Under the pieces are notes generated by a model, which worked only from the letters and a program-made list of their open reading frames with translations, was not told the origin of the DNA and made no database searches. Below, piece after piece: positions 13,431-26,565 of a stretch of DNA of 64,000 nt. The DNA is from Chrysomallon squamiferum. Its lineage: Eukaryota; Animalia; Mollusca. The stretch lies in NCBI GenBank assembly GCA_012295275.1, contig CM022665.1, forward strand, positions 45,260,001 to 45,324,000, in the 5' to 3' direction. The position numbers and the translations under genes were made by a program. Within the stretch, counting starts at the first letter, position 1. The number at the start of each line of letters is the position of its first letter.

Positions 13431-13562
13431 CATATTCACCTCCTCGTTTGTGTGCTCGGCATAGTGGGCCGGTCGCCACGCAATCAGTGGGTCCAGACAC
13501 AGCAGAAACAGCATGTACACCAGCAGCAGCGCCACCACGCAGATGATGAACACAACCACAAC
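13431..13562 (-). CDS. TMEM9: TMEM9-family exon 4 (transmembrane helix); donor either after 13440 or after 13431
   Basis: tttctcag acceptor. VVVVFIICVVALLLVYMLFLLCLDPLIAWRPAHYAEHTNEE(VNM). Two in-frame donors: GAG/GTGAAT and ATG/GTAACA. Confidence 0.9.
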
Positions 13563-13935
13563 CTGAGAAAATAATTTTAAAACGTTTGTTTGTATATAAC
13601 GTGAATATATAATACAAAGATGATAGACGTAAGTACAAGACATTTTAAAATATTTATTTGTATATAATGTGAATATATACTACAAAGATGATGAACACAA
13701 CCACAACCTGAGAAAATAATGTTAAAAACGTTTATATGTATGTAAAGTGAATATATAATATAAAGATGATAGACGTAAGTACAAAACATTCTAAAATATT
13801 TATTTGTATAACGTGAATATATAATACAAAGATGATGAACACAACCACAACCTGACAAAACATTTTAAAACATTTGTTTGTGAATATATAATGTGAATAT
13901 ATAATACAAAGATGATAGACGTAAAATATTTATTA
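13541..13935. repeat. Tandem repeat (about 72-bp alternating units, 144-145 bp dimer) containing copies of the TMEM9 exon 4 acceptor
   Basis: AGATGATGAACACAACCACAACCTGA occurs at 13541, 13686 and 13830, alternating with AAAGATGATAGACGTAA units. Confidence 0.9.
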
Positions 13936-14274
13936 AATTCCAACTAAATTCCAGCATACTTTTAACATGTTTGTATCTGCATGAAGTGGTATTTGTTTAC
14001 ATATGCATGTATAATATATATCCAGATTTTGAATTTTGTTTAAAAATCACAGATGTGTACAGAAATTATATCAAACAAATGAATATACAGAAATTTTTTA
14101 ATTAATATATTTAAGAATCCAGGCATCCCCAGAGAGTTAACATAAATTTCAGAGTCAGTGTTTGAAAAAATAAACATTTTTAAGTTTTTTAATTTAAGTT
14201 TTTTATATCAGTGATGTCATGATAGAAGCTTGTCTACCTCTGTATCTAAATATCAGAAATATTTATAATTTTAC

Positions 14275-14365
14275 CTTTATAGTTGTCGTGTTTCTCCGAT
14301 CGTATTTACACTCGCAACTGTTACAGAAATCTGGAGTCTGTGGTTTAATAACATACTTGCATTTA
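14275..14365 (-). CDS. TMEM9: TMEM9-family exon 3
   Basis: ttttcag acceptor, GTAAAA donor. (C)KCKYVIKPQTPDFCNSCECKYDRRNTTTIK matches the TMEM9 CECRYEERSTTTIK motif. Confidence 0.93.
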
Positions 14366-14447
14366 CTGAAAATAAAAATAAAAGACGTTTTAACAGTGCA
14401 GAATAAATGTAACAAACATATGTTGTGTACATTTGTCAATATCTGAA

Positions 14448-14550
14448 TATGGATACTTTTGTGAGTAAGTATGGATACTTTTATGAGTCACCATGGATAC
14501 TTCTGTGAGTCAGTATGGATACTTATGTGAGTCACTATGGATACTTTTTA
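14448..14550. repeat. 22-bp minisatellite, about 5 copies, in TMEM9 intron 2
   Basis: ATGGATACTTnnnTGAGT unit with period 22. Confidence 0.88.
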
Positions 14551-14928
14551 AATTCACTGATATGTAATTAAAGATCTTTACATTTCTGTCAGATGTAAAT
14601 AACACACATACAAACAAACACACATATTTACACATATTTTTAATGTTTGCACGCACGCCACTAAAATTACATTCTCACACACAGGAATACACAAATGAAA
14701 GAAGCACACATAAACACACAAATACACAGAAATGTGCGATGAACATGATACAGATATAAGCTGTAATAAAATAAATATTTAACTGTTCAAATGATTTGAA
14801 TTAGATTTAGAAAGTAAATTTAATTTAAAAAAAATATATATATGGATATGGATATTGGATATATAAAAAGGTAACTAATTTAAAGACCAAGACAATTTTT
14901 TTTTTTTTTTTTACAAAACCAATCTAAC

Positions 14929-15032
14929 CATTGATTGTGTTCAATGTCCTTTCCTCCAATGTATACAGATCTGGCTGTTGTGTTCTTCGGCAGCGAACAC
15001 ACACATTTACAACGGAAATCCTCAAAACTTGC
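14929..15032 (-). CDS. TMEM9: TMEM9-family exon 2
   Basis: catcag acceptor, GTTAGA donor. ASFEDFRCKCVCSLPKNTTARSVYIGGKDIEHNQ carries the TMEM9 EDxRCKCxC motif and an NTT sequon. Confidence 0.93.
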
Positions 15033-15489
15033 CTGATGATGAAAAATACAAAATAAATTACAATCTCATTGATTATTTTTTTTTTTTTATTTAATTATTT
15101 TTTTTTTACTTATAATATCATCCTGTATGCAGAAATACTTATGAATTTATTTAAGATAGATGCACAGAGATAAATCACTGAAGAATCATTGATCTTCATC
15201 TGTTTGCTTTTTAATTAAATTTATTTAGCAAAGTTAATATGGATTTTACCAATCTTTTGTATGCCTAATACTGAAGTTAAAAGTATTCATTAAAATATAT
15301 TATATATTCACTGATTATCTTACTACTACAAACATTCTGGGAAAATATGATAAATAATATACATGGATTATCTTTATGTATACAATTACAAAACATTAAA
15401 AGTAATAAAATAAATATGTATTTATTTATTGTTATGCCACTTTTATGTGGTCGTTAAATGACACTTTAGCTTTTATGCATATTATATCT

Positions 15490-15539
<50 letters not shown>

Positions 15540-15844
15540 TTTAACTTCCGATAAAAATGTAAATTATAAAACGCTGTTAATAGTATTAATACTATTATTA
15601 TTTAATTTACTGCATGGGGGAGGGAATATACATAAAATAATAAATTATACAGTTTATGTAAATCCTTCATTTTGAAAATTAAAGCCAATTAAAATTTATC
15701 TTTTTATTATATTTATTTCTAAAACAATAATGTGATTACTCTAATGACTAATAGTAAGAGAAATAAATTAGTAATAGACTTTGGAGGAACTTTTTTTATT
15801 CTCCTGCTGTATACATTAATCATAATTATTTATATTTCACTCAC

Positions 15845-15916
15845 CTCGGTTGATACGACGATCAATAATAAGATCAGAGAACAAAACGAGGTGAATTTAA
15901 GTATGCCAATGCTCAT
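15845..15916 (-). CDS. TMEM9: TMEM9-family exon 1 (signal peptide)
   Basis: aaaATG start; MSIGILKFTSFCSLILLLIVVSTE hydrophobic leader; GAG/GTGAGT donor, phase 0 matching exon 2. Spliced protein is 183 or 186 aa. Confidence 0.87.
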
Positions 15917-16319
15917 TTTGGATTTCTAAATTTAAAACATGTCCAAAATATAAATCACTAGAAAAATAGTCCTCGTTAATTCATGATATTCCGGAAATAA
16001 TATGCGATGTATGTATTCCACTTAAAAAATAAAAGAATACGTAGAAGGGAGATAACTTTTTATATTTTGATAAAATATTGCAGGAATAATAAATATCTTT
16101 TCCTTTAGAAACATTAATTAGTAAAAAGTGAAAGGAAATAGACTAGTTTTATTTTATTCAGTTTTAAAATAATATTTTTTTGCTGGACTTTCTAACATAA
16201 CATGTCGTTAAACAATATATTTTGGCAGTTGCGTAAATTCATTGTTAAATCCAATATTTATTATCAAATAACAAAATATTAAACTTCAGCAAATGTAGAA
16301 AATCATTAATAGTAGTAGC

Positions 16320-16365
<46 letters not shown>

Positions 16366-16705
16366 AGAGTTTATTTCAACATGCAGGAATGTACAAAACA
16401 CGTCAATGCTTAACAATTCTACGCCTGAGTTTCGAAGAAAATTATTATTTCAGCTGAAATGAAATAAAATGACAAATGTTCAAAATTTTATGATCATATA
16501 CGAAACAGTAATATATGTAGTAACAGACCCATTCAAACACGCACACAAACGCACGCACACGTACACTCGGTGTTTCAGTGTATATCTATGTATAATAGTT
16601 TATATTTATGTTTCATAATAATTTCTATAAAATAAAGAAAGAAAGGAAGAAAGAAAATCTTTAAAAACAACAACAACATTATTCCAACCTTTTCTTTTTC
16701 TGTCC

Positions 16706-16737
<32 letters not shown>

Positions 16738-17225
16738 AAATATTTTTTACTGACGTTCTGCAAAATTATGACATTCCTGAAAGTGCAACAGTCAAATAAT
16801 AACAGTGTACTATTTAATGCTATGCATTAATTTTAAAGAGGTCAAGGTTCATAAAGATTATTACTGAAGTTCAAATATGTATAACTTGCGTTTTCGAATC
16901 GAGGTAGGACAAGTAGACAAATAACCTAGACGTAATTTTTTTTTTTTCTTTTCAGTCAACATTTTAAAATTTATTTATTTATTTATTATTTATCTGTTTA
17001 TTTGTGTGTTTATGTCATTCTTTATTTATTATCATTTTCATTAATTAATTGATTAATTATATATGTATATATATATATTTTTTATTTGTTTTGTTTTTAA
17101 AACGTATGTGTAATGTTTTTGAAAAAAAAAAAAAAAAAAAAAAAAAAATCCACAGCAACAACAAAAAAGAAAAATACTTAATACATTTTGTATGGTATGT
17201 GCCCATTAATCACGCGTGCCACTCG

Positions 17226-17265
<40 letters not shown>

Positions 17266-17937
17266 TAAACGAGGCAGTCACGTGGAATATTGGGCTATGT
17301 GCATCTTGTTAATTAATTGCAAAGCTCCAGAGTAGTGCACGCAATTTGACGTTCTGTGTTGGTAAGTTACTAACAAATGTGTGTTTTAATTATGTACTGT
17401 AAAACAAATATTCACTTAAATATGTGATCCTGAATATATATGTGCTTATATATATATAATTTTGAATAATATACGTCATCGTGAAAAAGTAGTTCTATTT
17501 TACATTATTTTGAGTAATATGTACGATCCTGAAAATATTATGTGAAAGCATATCTCTCTATCTATCTATATATATGTGTGTGTGTGTGTGTTTGTATGTA
17601 TATATGTACGTGTGTGTGTCTGTGTGTAGATAATATTTTCAGCAGTACGAATCCGCTAATTAGATATTATTAAATATACCATCTGAGATCGTAAATCTCG
17701 TGAATTCTCGTAGATCGTAATAAAGTTAATAAAGTCTTTATTCTGTTTCCTCGTCCTGATTCTTCCCTACTCCGACCACGGCGTTATCTCTGTCTGTACG
17801 TAGCAGTGGCACTGACTGCGAGGTGAGACAGCACACTCGACCTTGACCTTCCAAGTGCTAATCTGCATGACTGTTGGGAGGTTCCAGATAATGCACACAG
17901 ACATATGCACACTCGCGCAGATACGCCTACGCATAAA

Positions 17938-17968
<31 letters not shown>

Positions 17969-17970
17969 TA

Positions 17971-18015
<45 letters not shown>

Positions 18016-19199
18016 ATAATTTATATGATGACGTATTTTATCAAAGTGTATTATTTGTAGTGATAATAAACATCCCAAATATAGGCCTATTCGCTAACTT
18101 CCTATTACTGTTACGTTGTTAGTTATAGCCGTGCATTCTTTGTTAGTAATAAAGTCTGGCAATAAATATATCAATGTATGCCGTGACTCACGGAAGTTGC
18201 TAATTGACATTCTTTGTTTCTTTACGTCTAATTTAACGCATTGTCTGAAAACAAAGCGAGTAAGAAAAAAAAAAAAATAATAATAATAATAATAATAAAA
18301 ATAAAATAAAATAAAATAAAATAAATTAAAAAAAAAAAAAAAGGAAAAAAAAGGAAAACAAAGTCAACGGTATGAAGAATGTGGTTACTTTGCCAATAAA
18401 TTACAAACCTATGATAAATGCCTACAACTGAAAGAAAGAAAATTACAGAAAGATAGTTTTTTTTTTTTTTTTTTTTTTGGCATTAACAATGTTTAGTTTA
18501 TTATTTAAAGGATAAACACGTCTGCAAACACAAACAGATTTTCTTTTTTTTTTTTCTTCTTCTAATCTGTCTCGTTCTTATTCTTTATTTTTTTTTTTTT
18601 TTTTTTTTTATGCTGTTTTCGCATTATCATTCTGTCTCTCTTTTTTTGTTTCATTTTTACTTCCGTTCGGTCCTTACCTCGTATATTTTCTGTTTCGTTA
18701 ATCCTATCTTTTATTTATTTATTCATTTATTATTTATTTATTTTGTTAACTCTCATTTTATTATACTTTTATTTATAAACAATTTTCTTTTTCCTTTTTT
18801 TTTTTTTTTTCTTTTTTCTTTTTTTTTCTGTAAGTGCTGTGAGTCATATTCCCATGAATCACGTGACTGGAAATGCCAGGAGGTGTCAAAATGACCGACA
18901 GAAAGCAGATTAAAGCAGTTGGTGCTTAAGCAGTATCCTTCTGTTGTTTTTTTTCTTGTAAAGATTATTTATTTTATTTTTGCTTAAAGAAGAAATTAAA
19001 GAGGAGAGGAAAATGCCTTATCTAACGATGACGAAGATTCCATGTTGGGACGGAAATGAATGAATAAAACAAATAAATAAATACGTTTCTACAGTAAACA
19101 ATCGACCAGACTAGATACAATTCTGTCTGTTACCTTTCGCTGCAGTACACTGCACCAGTATAATGTCTTCTTAGCTGAAACAGAAATAATTAGATTTAT

Positions 19200-19451
19200 G
19201 TAGATAGACTGATAGATAGGTATAGATAGAGAGACTTACAGACAGAAAGACAGAAAGATAATAAGATATATATATAGATAGATAGACAGCTAGATAGGTA
19301 GATATATAGATACATAGATAGGTAGATATATAGATACAGAGATAGGTAGATATATAGATATATAGATACATAGACTGATAGCTATAGATAGATAAGTAGA
19401 TATATATAGATAGATAGATAGCAGATAGAAACATATATATGTGTGCATATA

Positions 19452-19484
<33 letters not shown>

Positions 19485-19586
19485 TTATGTATGTATATAT
19501 ATATAGATAGATAGATAGCAGATAGAAACATATATTTGTGCATATATATATATATATGTATGTATGTATGTGTGTATGTATGTATG

Positions 19587-19617
<31 letters not shown>

Positions 19618-19632
19618 AGATAGATAGATAGA
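19200..19632. repeat. Compound (GATA)n/(TATG)n tetranucleotide microsatellite
   Basis: Directly visible; source of the spurious 255-aa ORF. Confidence 0.92.
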
Positions 19633-20209
19633 ATAAAGGGGGGAGAGGCAGGTGTATACAGGACCCGCTGAAGATACAGGCAGTTCAGACATTCGCTCCA
19701 GACCCCCCACACATGCTAGAGGACGCCCCTTCATGTATTTTGAGATCTTCAGAATAAAAAGGAAAGAAATATTAAAGTGATAAAATAAAATAAAATAAAT
19801 TAAAATAAAATGTGATAAATATTCGTTAAGTGGAGTCAATCTATTAATTACCAATGTTTTGGGACGAAACTGAGAAAAGAAATTGAAAAGGAAAATTTCT
19901 ACGATCGTCAGCAAAGGCGCTGAAAATCGTTGAGCCAACCCTGGGTGCGCAGAAACAGTGTGAAGGTTGACACAGAAACAGATGTAGAAAGAGAAAGACC
20001 ATAATCTATGTATTGGGTGAATAAAACAACAAATAAGGAATATATAAAACTTCTAAATAGGTGTGTAAAAAAAATGGAAAAAGAAAATAAGTTTATCTTA
20101 CTACTCCCAAAATAAACATTAATACATAAATAGACAGTGATATATATGTGTGTGTGCATGTGTGCGTGTGGGTATTTATATATATATACATACATACACG
20201 AATACACAT

Positions 20210-20274
<65 letters not shown>

Positions 20275-20337
20275 AATCTGTTTGTACATATGTAACATAT
20301 AGTATGTGTGTCTATGTGTGTTCAGAGACAGAGACAC

Positions 20338-20376
<39 letters not shown>

Positions 20377-20497
20377 AGAGATGAATACATACCAGTTATT
20401 TGAGAGCCTGTTTTCCTAGAGAGATGCTTACATACCAAGTTATTTTGTCTGCCTGTTTTCCTATCTCTCTAGCTTTCTCTTTCTCTTTTCTAGTTCA

Positions 20498-20564
<67 letters not shown>

Positions 20565-20982
20565 TCCTTTCAAAACTTCCTTCTCTGTCACCCCACCCCC
20601 CCCCAACCATCACATTATTTATCCTAAAATGGAGAAAACAGCTAACTTTTTTCCTGTCGAGATATTTCAACCTGCTTTCTTTCGGGTGACAAGTTGATTT
20701 GTGAGTTGCACGTTAATGTGGATTAAAGTGCTAAATTAATGGCCTTAGTTTCAAGCGACGTGCCCTAGAATGAAAACTGTTTACCTGAACTAATCTAATT
20801 AATGATTCTGTCAGGAGGTTTACTCAGCAGTTGCTAATTTAAAAAATTCAAAAGTTAAAAAACATAAAGACTCGTTTCCGTAAATTCTCTTTCAACATTG
20901 GACTGTTTTTTTTTTTTTTTTTTTTTATATAACTTCCTTTTCACCTTTCGTTGGTGCTGGCTTTATTTATTATTTAATTTTA

Positions 20983-21013
<31 letters not shown>

Positions 21014-21095
21014 TATTTTTTTATTTTTTTTATTTATTTATTTATTTTTTTTATTTTTTTTTTTTTGATTTAAAATTATTTATTTATTTATTTAT

Positions 21096-21128
<33 letters not shown>

Positions 21129-22002
21129 ATTTTTTAATTTATTTATTATTAAAATTAATTTATTTATCTATTTATTTTTATTATTTATTTATTAAAAATG
21201 TATTTATTTATTTATATTAGTCTATTTTTTTTATTATTAAAAGTTATTTATTTATTTATTATTTAAATTTTTTTTTTTTTTTTTTTTTTTTAATTTTTTT
21301 CTGAAACATGACTCCAAACGTCATCAACCGAATGATCAATACTGATATTTTCTATTTCAGTCAGTGTACCAAGACTCGTTTATTAAAAACATGGTAAGTG
21401 CTGTCCTGTTTATGACGACGTGCACAAAAAAAAAAAAAAAAAAAAATCCCTCTCTGGTACTCACGGATTGGCGGTTGGGATTTTCTGCTCTCATGTCGTA
21501 ATACACACATTAATGCCACTTAAAAAACTCATTAAAGATTAAACGTGTTATGAGAGGCTAAATAATCATTTATTGTTATTTCTTTTTATTGTGTTTCTGT
21601 GAACGAATAACCCCCTCCGCCTTAGATATTCATATATAACATAAATAAGTTTGTTTTGTGTGCGGTATCTGTGACTGCTCTGTCCTTACGAATCTATGGC
21701 GTGCTTCGTAATATTTATTCGTTTTAAAAATAAAATATTATCTTGTTTAGTGTATATTTATCATCCTAGCCATGATCATGGTTTGAATAGAATAACAGGC
21801 AGTAGAAAGAAGTTAATAGCTTAAACCGTAAATCATATATAACATTAGTAATTGTTGGAAATGAAAAACAAACCTTCGTGGTGTATTTATGAGATTAGTA
21901 ACGACTGGTTATGTCAGGTATATTTCAAGACGATAAAACGAAAGACCACTAGAACACTGTTTTCTTTGTAACTAAATATCTAGCTTATTAACATTGTCTT
22001 AT

Positions 22003-22035
<33 letters not shown>

Positions 22036-22460
22036 TTTTTAAAGATATAATCATTTATTCATACATATTTGTTTCTATTTCAAGTCAATAAAATAAAGAC
22101 AATTACGCGCTCTTTTCTTTGTAACTAATCCTCTAACACGCTAACACTTTCACAGTCCTTCCTTGTTCAGATGCTGTTAAGCAAAATACTCATTCATTCA
22201 TACATTCGTTCATTTAATCTCTTTCTCTCCGTATTAACAGACAACCCTGTTTGCCCAAGGACGTGCTTGAGGACAGCTAGCCAAACTTTGAGAAGTACGT
22301 CACAGCTTTCCCCAATTCAATCACCTAAGAAAGCCAGTCATGCGTGTTTTCACGCTTGTGAAAATACCGTTGTCCGAAATCTGGTTCAGCTACAGATTAA
22401 ACAAAAATAGAAAAAAAAAAAAAAAAAAAAAAAAAGTGCAGAGCTCGTGTTGCAAAATAA

Positions 22461-22505
<45 letters not shown>

Positions 22506-22992
22506 CTCAAAACCTACAGCTTTTGTAATATTTGCTTGTACGTAAATTCTTTGCAAGCACAGAAGAGTAAAGTCAAGGTTTGTTTACTCTGTTCCAGTTT
22601 TCTCGTTCGAAGAGACCGTAAGCTTGCACCACAAAATATACGTCAGGTGAAAACGTGTCAAGTATTTGCCGTCCTGTGATGAAGGTAGATTATGCGGTTT
22701 TTACTACACACAAACACACAGTGCGATATCATTGTATATATATATATCGCGTTTAAGTAATGTAGAACGAGTAAAGAAAAATGGCTGAGAATAAAATAAA
22801 AATCTACGTGCCTTGCAACACGCCGGAACAGAACCGATCAATACCGAAAAATACAACCATTACCGACTTGCCCGTTTTTAACTGACGTTGTGTTATAAAT
22901 AGAACCCGAGTCCTTAATTTTTCTACTGGTTTTTTTTTTTTTAAATAATTTAAAAAAAATAATAATAAAAATAAAAATAATAATAAAATTAA

Positions 22993-23026
<34 letters not shown>

Positions 23027-26000
23027 GAAAGAAAGAAAGAAAGAAAAAAAATATCAGATCTCTCTCCTCCACATAATTAGATTTCGAACTATTTATTATT
23101 TTCGTTTTATGTTTATCGAGTATATCTCAAAATAATGCTCACTGGAATGATTTGTTGTAACACAGCACTTTATTTATTGTGTTGTTTACGTTCTGTGCAA
23201 ATATATCAGTTTGGATAAACATTACAAGCTTTCTGGTTTTATGATAGCAACGCGTTTATGTGTGTTTTTGTGTGTATATGCCTGTGTATGTGTGCGCGCG
23301 CCCGTTTATTTGCATAGATTTTTCAACTGTATATATTCTTAAGCTTTTAGCACATAATTGCCATTTCTGATTCTCTTCTGTCATGGAAATTACGTGTAAA
23401 TGAATACTAGTTCAGCACTGTTTAGCATCAAGTCACTGAGTGTTAAATAAATGTCCTGTTAGGCAACATACCTTGCCAAATAAGCCTATCTATCCCAAGG
23501 CACTTGCTAAATCTAACAAAATAAGGAAACATTTTTAGAATGTAATATATCAAATAATTTTTTTTTTTTCCTTCATTTTTTGTTTTGTTTTTTTGTATCA
23601 TTATTTCATTATTATTATTTTTTTTTTTTCAAAGAGACAATTATTACGCAAATATACATGATAACGAGCTACTTTAATAACCGTTTTGACATTTCAGTTA
23701 AAATTACAGTTCAGGAGTCAGGGTTGAATAAAAAGAAAAGCACTTAGCCAGTTTTAAACAGTTCTAACACTGAGTGGTTTAAAAATGGTTTTGTATTCAT
23801 TAAAATAACTTTGAACAATATTTACCAAGTCATGTGCTACAAAATTATGGCGCATGGTAAAAATTAAAAACACCCGAAGTATCAACCACCACCAAACGTT
23901 TTCAGGTTCAATAATAATAATATAGGTTGATATTATATAACTATTTTACTAGTTTATATTATTATTATTATTTTAATTATTTATTTATATTTTTTTTTTT
24001 TACCACATATATTTTATTCCTTCCCTAATTCAACTGAAATGAAATGGAAGAGAAATTGTTTGCAAAACGCCTGATTATCAGTTCACTCAAAATCAGTCAT
24101 TTTTAAAAATAAATATATAAATGTATTATTGCCTTTGACAGGCCAGTAATGGACGTTCGTGGTCAATGATATCATGCAAGAAAAGGTTCTTTCTCCCACA
24201 CATACACCACCCCATTGAGAGAAAAAGAGAGAGAGAGAGAGAGAGAGATGAGTGTGTGGACCTTGTTTCCCATTCAAACGTTAATGGGCCTATTTTCGCA
24301 AAGGTTCAAACACAAACCTAAATCCAGGGAATTTAACAAGCTCATCTACCTGCAAAATTCAGTTATATACTGAAAGGGTAAAAACTGTTCTACTCTTAGA
24401 AGATATCTGCGTACGTAAACACACTTTAAAAAAATTTGCTGTACTCTTTAAATATCATCAACTAGAGAGATAAATTAACAACAACAACAACAACAACATC
24501 GTCATATAAACAGCACTGAAAGAAGTAATCGTTCATGCTTAGTGCTACCCTAAAGGTCTCAGTGATATTATAATTCTTTGGAACTTATCTACGTACGAAA
24601 CACAACAGACGATCCACTTAAAGAAAGTTGGTTTATTTGGTATACAGTACACATAACATTGGCACTGGCTTTCAACAAACAGGGCAAGCCATTTTGCCAG
24701 TCAAGTTTAAAAAAAAAAAAAAGAGTAATGACAATCAATTCCGATATTATATATATAGCCTATGTATATATATATAGACATGAGCTGTCAACAAAAAACC
24801 ATCAACAAACAAAAATTGTAGTTTTCTTTTTTCTTCGCGTCTTCAATACCATCAAAACATAAAAAGAAACAAAATATTTACTGCAGAACGTTTCCGTTTT
24901 TAAAAAAAAAATAAAAAATAAAAATAATAATAATATGTAGAAAAGTCGGTACAGTAAACATCTAGAACTTTTCAATTTTTTTTTTTTTTTTTTTAAATTT
25001 ACCACCACTTTCGATCCTGTTTTCTCACCAATCATTCCTTTTAAGTACACATTTACAAGAGACGACCGTTTTTATGGTTTTTGTTTCTTTCTTTTTTTAA
25101 ATAATATTTATGGACACTTTTATGTTTGACCGACTTCATACTAATAATTCAACACGAATGAGAAATATGAATGATGAATACGATTAAACCATAATTGAAC
25201 GAATGTATAACTATATATAACTATATATATATAATATTTCTTTTGAAATGCTAAATATTTAGTGGGAGAAATTAAAAAAAAAAAACATCAACTGATTTGT
25301 AGCTTATGATTAACAAATGAAAACGTAAATACGACGACATTTACGATCTGGTCAGTAATAGTTTTAAGTTTTCAATCAAATGATGGTCGTACTGCTTACA
25401 TCACGAAATAAAACACAACGTGATTACCCATATTCGTAACGTATATTTAAGTATAATTAAACCATTAATCCACTTTAAATTTCCCACATTTAGCGTCTGT
25501 ACACATCTGATATGTTCACATACTGCGCTGGAAATAATTTAATCCAATTAAATGAAAAAATAAATTTCTATTAGTCTTCTTACCTTATTCGACTCTTGCC
25601 GATTATTATTATTATTATTAACGAGCGAAATTATATTCGTACGACCATCATCATTATACTGCCGATATTAAATGCACCATTAATGAGGAAGCTAAACAAA
25701 CAATCAAACAAACCGAAAAAAAAAAGCATGTCATAGAATGTGCTAAGCATTAAAAACCCAGAAACTTTGGGCATAACATAAGAGAGGATCCTAAACCAAA
25801 ACAGTTCCATTTCTGGTACTTGTCGCTCCGTTACAAAATAACAAATAAAATAAAATGCATACAAGACTTACAGTTATACATACATATTAGTGATCATCCA
25901 GTATATGCAACATTAGGAAAGAAATAATAATTATTAAAACAAATTTTTGAAAAAAAAAAAATTGAAAAAAAAAAATGTATTTTAACAATACTCCTCAGTT

Positions 26001-26565
26001 AGAAATTCGTATACAATTTACACGAATCTTTGTCGGATCACGTCCACAATCTCATCAAACTGGATTGTTTAAATATATCCTCCACGCTTTTTTATTTTAT
26101 TTTTTTTCCTGAACTGCCTACCACGTCTTGGTGAAAACAAACAAAAAAAGTTTTTCCTCACGAATAAAGTCATCATCCTGTACACCCACACACACAAAAA
26201 AAAAAAAAAAAAAAAGAAAGAAAGAAGAAAACATCGTTTCCAAAAACATCAAGTTAAGTTACAACAAACCGAATGTGCAATTAGCTGCCTTTTTTAAGCC
26301 GTTATCAGAGTCCCGCGTGTCGACGCACGTGCACGCCAGTACGCACACGCACACACCCGTGACACCGACTGTACAGAAAAAATGTAATGTGGTCCGCAAG
26401 CTGTTCCAAAAAAAAAAAAAAAAAACACAACAAAAGTTTTTTTTTTTTTTTTTTTCACAATGAGACATGAAGAAGTTAGCACTTTTTGTAAAATGATGAA
26501 CATGGGGAGAGAGAGATAGGTTTGCATTGTCTTTCGTGGACTAGGATGAGGGCAAAGCTATAGCG

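Noticed and set aside
19171-19938. 255-aa minus-strand ORF
   Set aside because: Largely a translation of (GATA)n/(TATG)n microsatellite.
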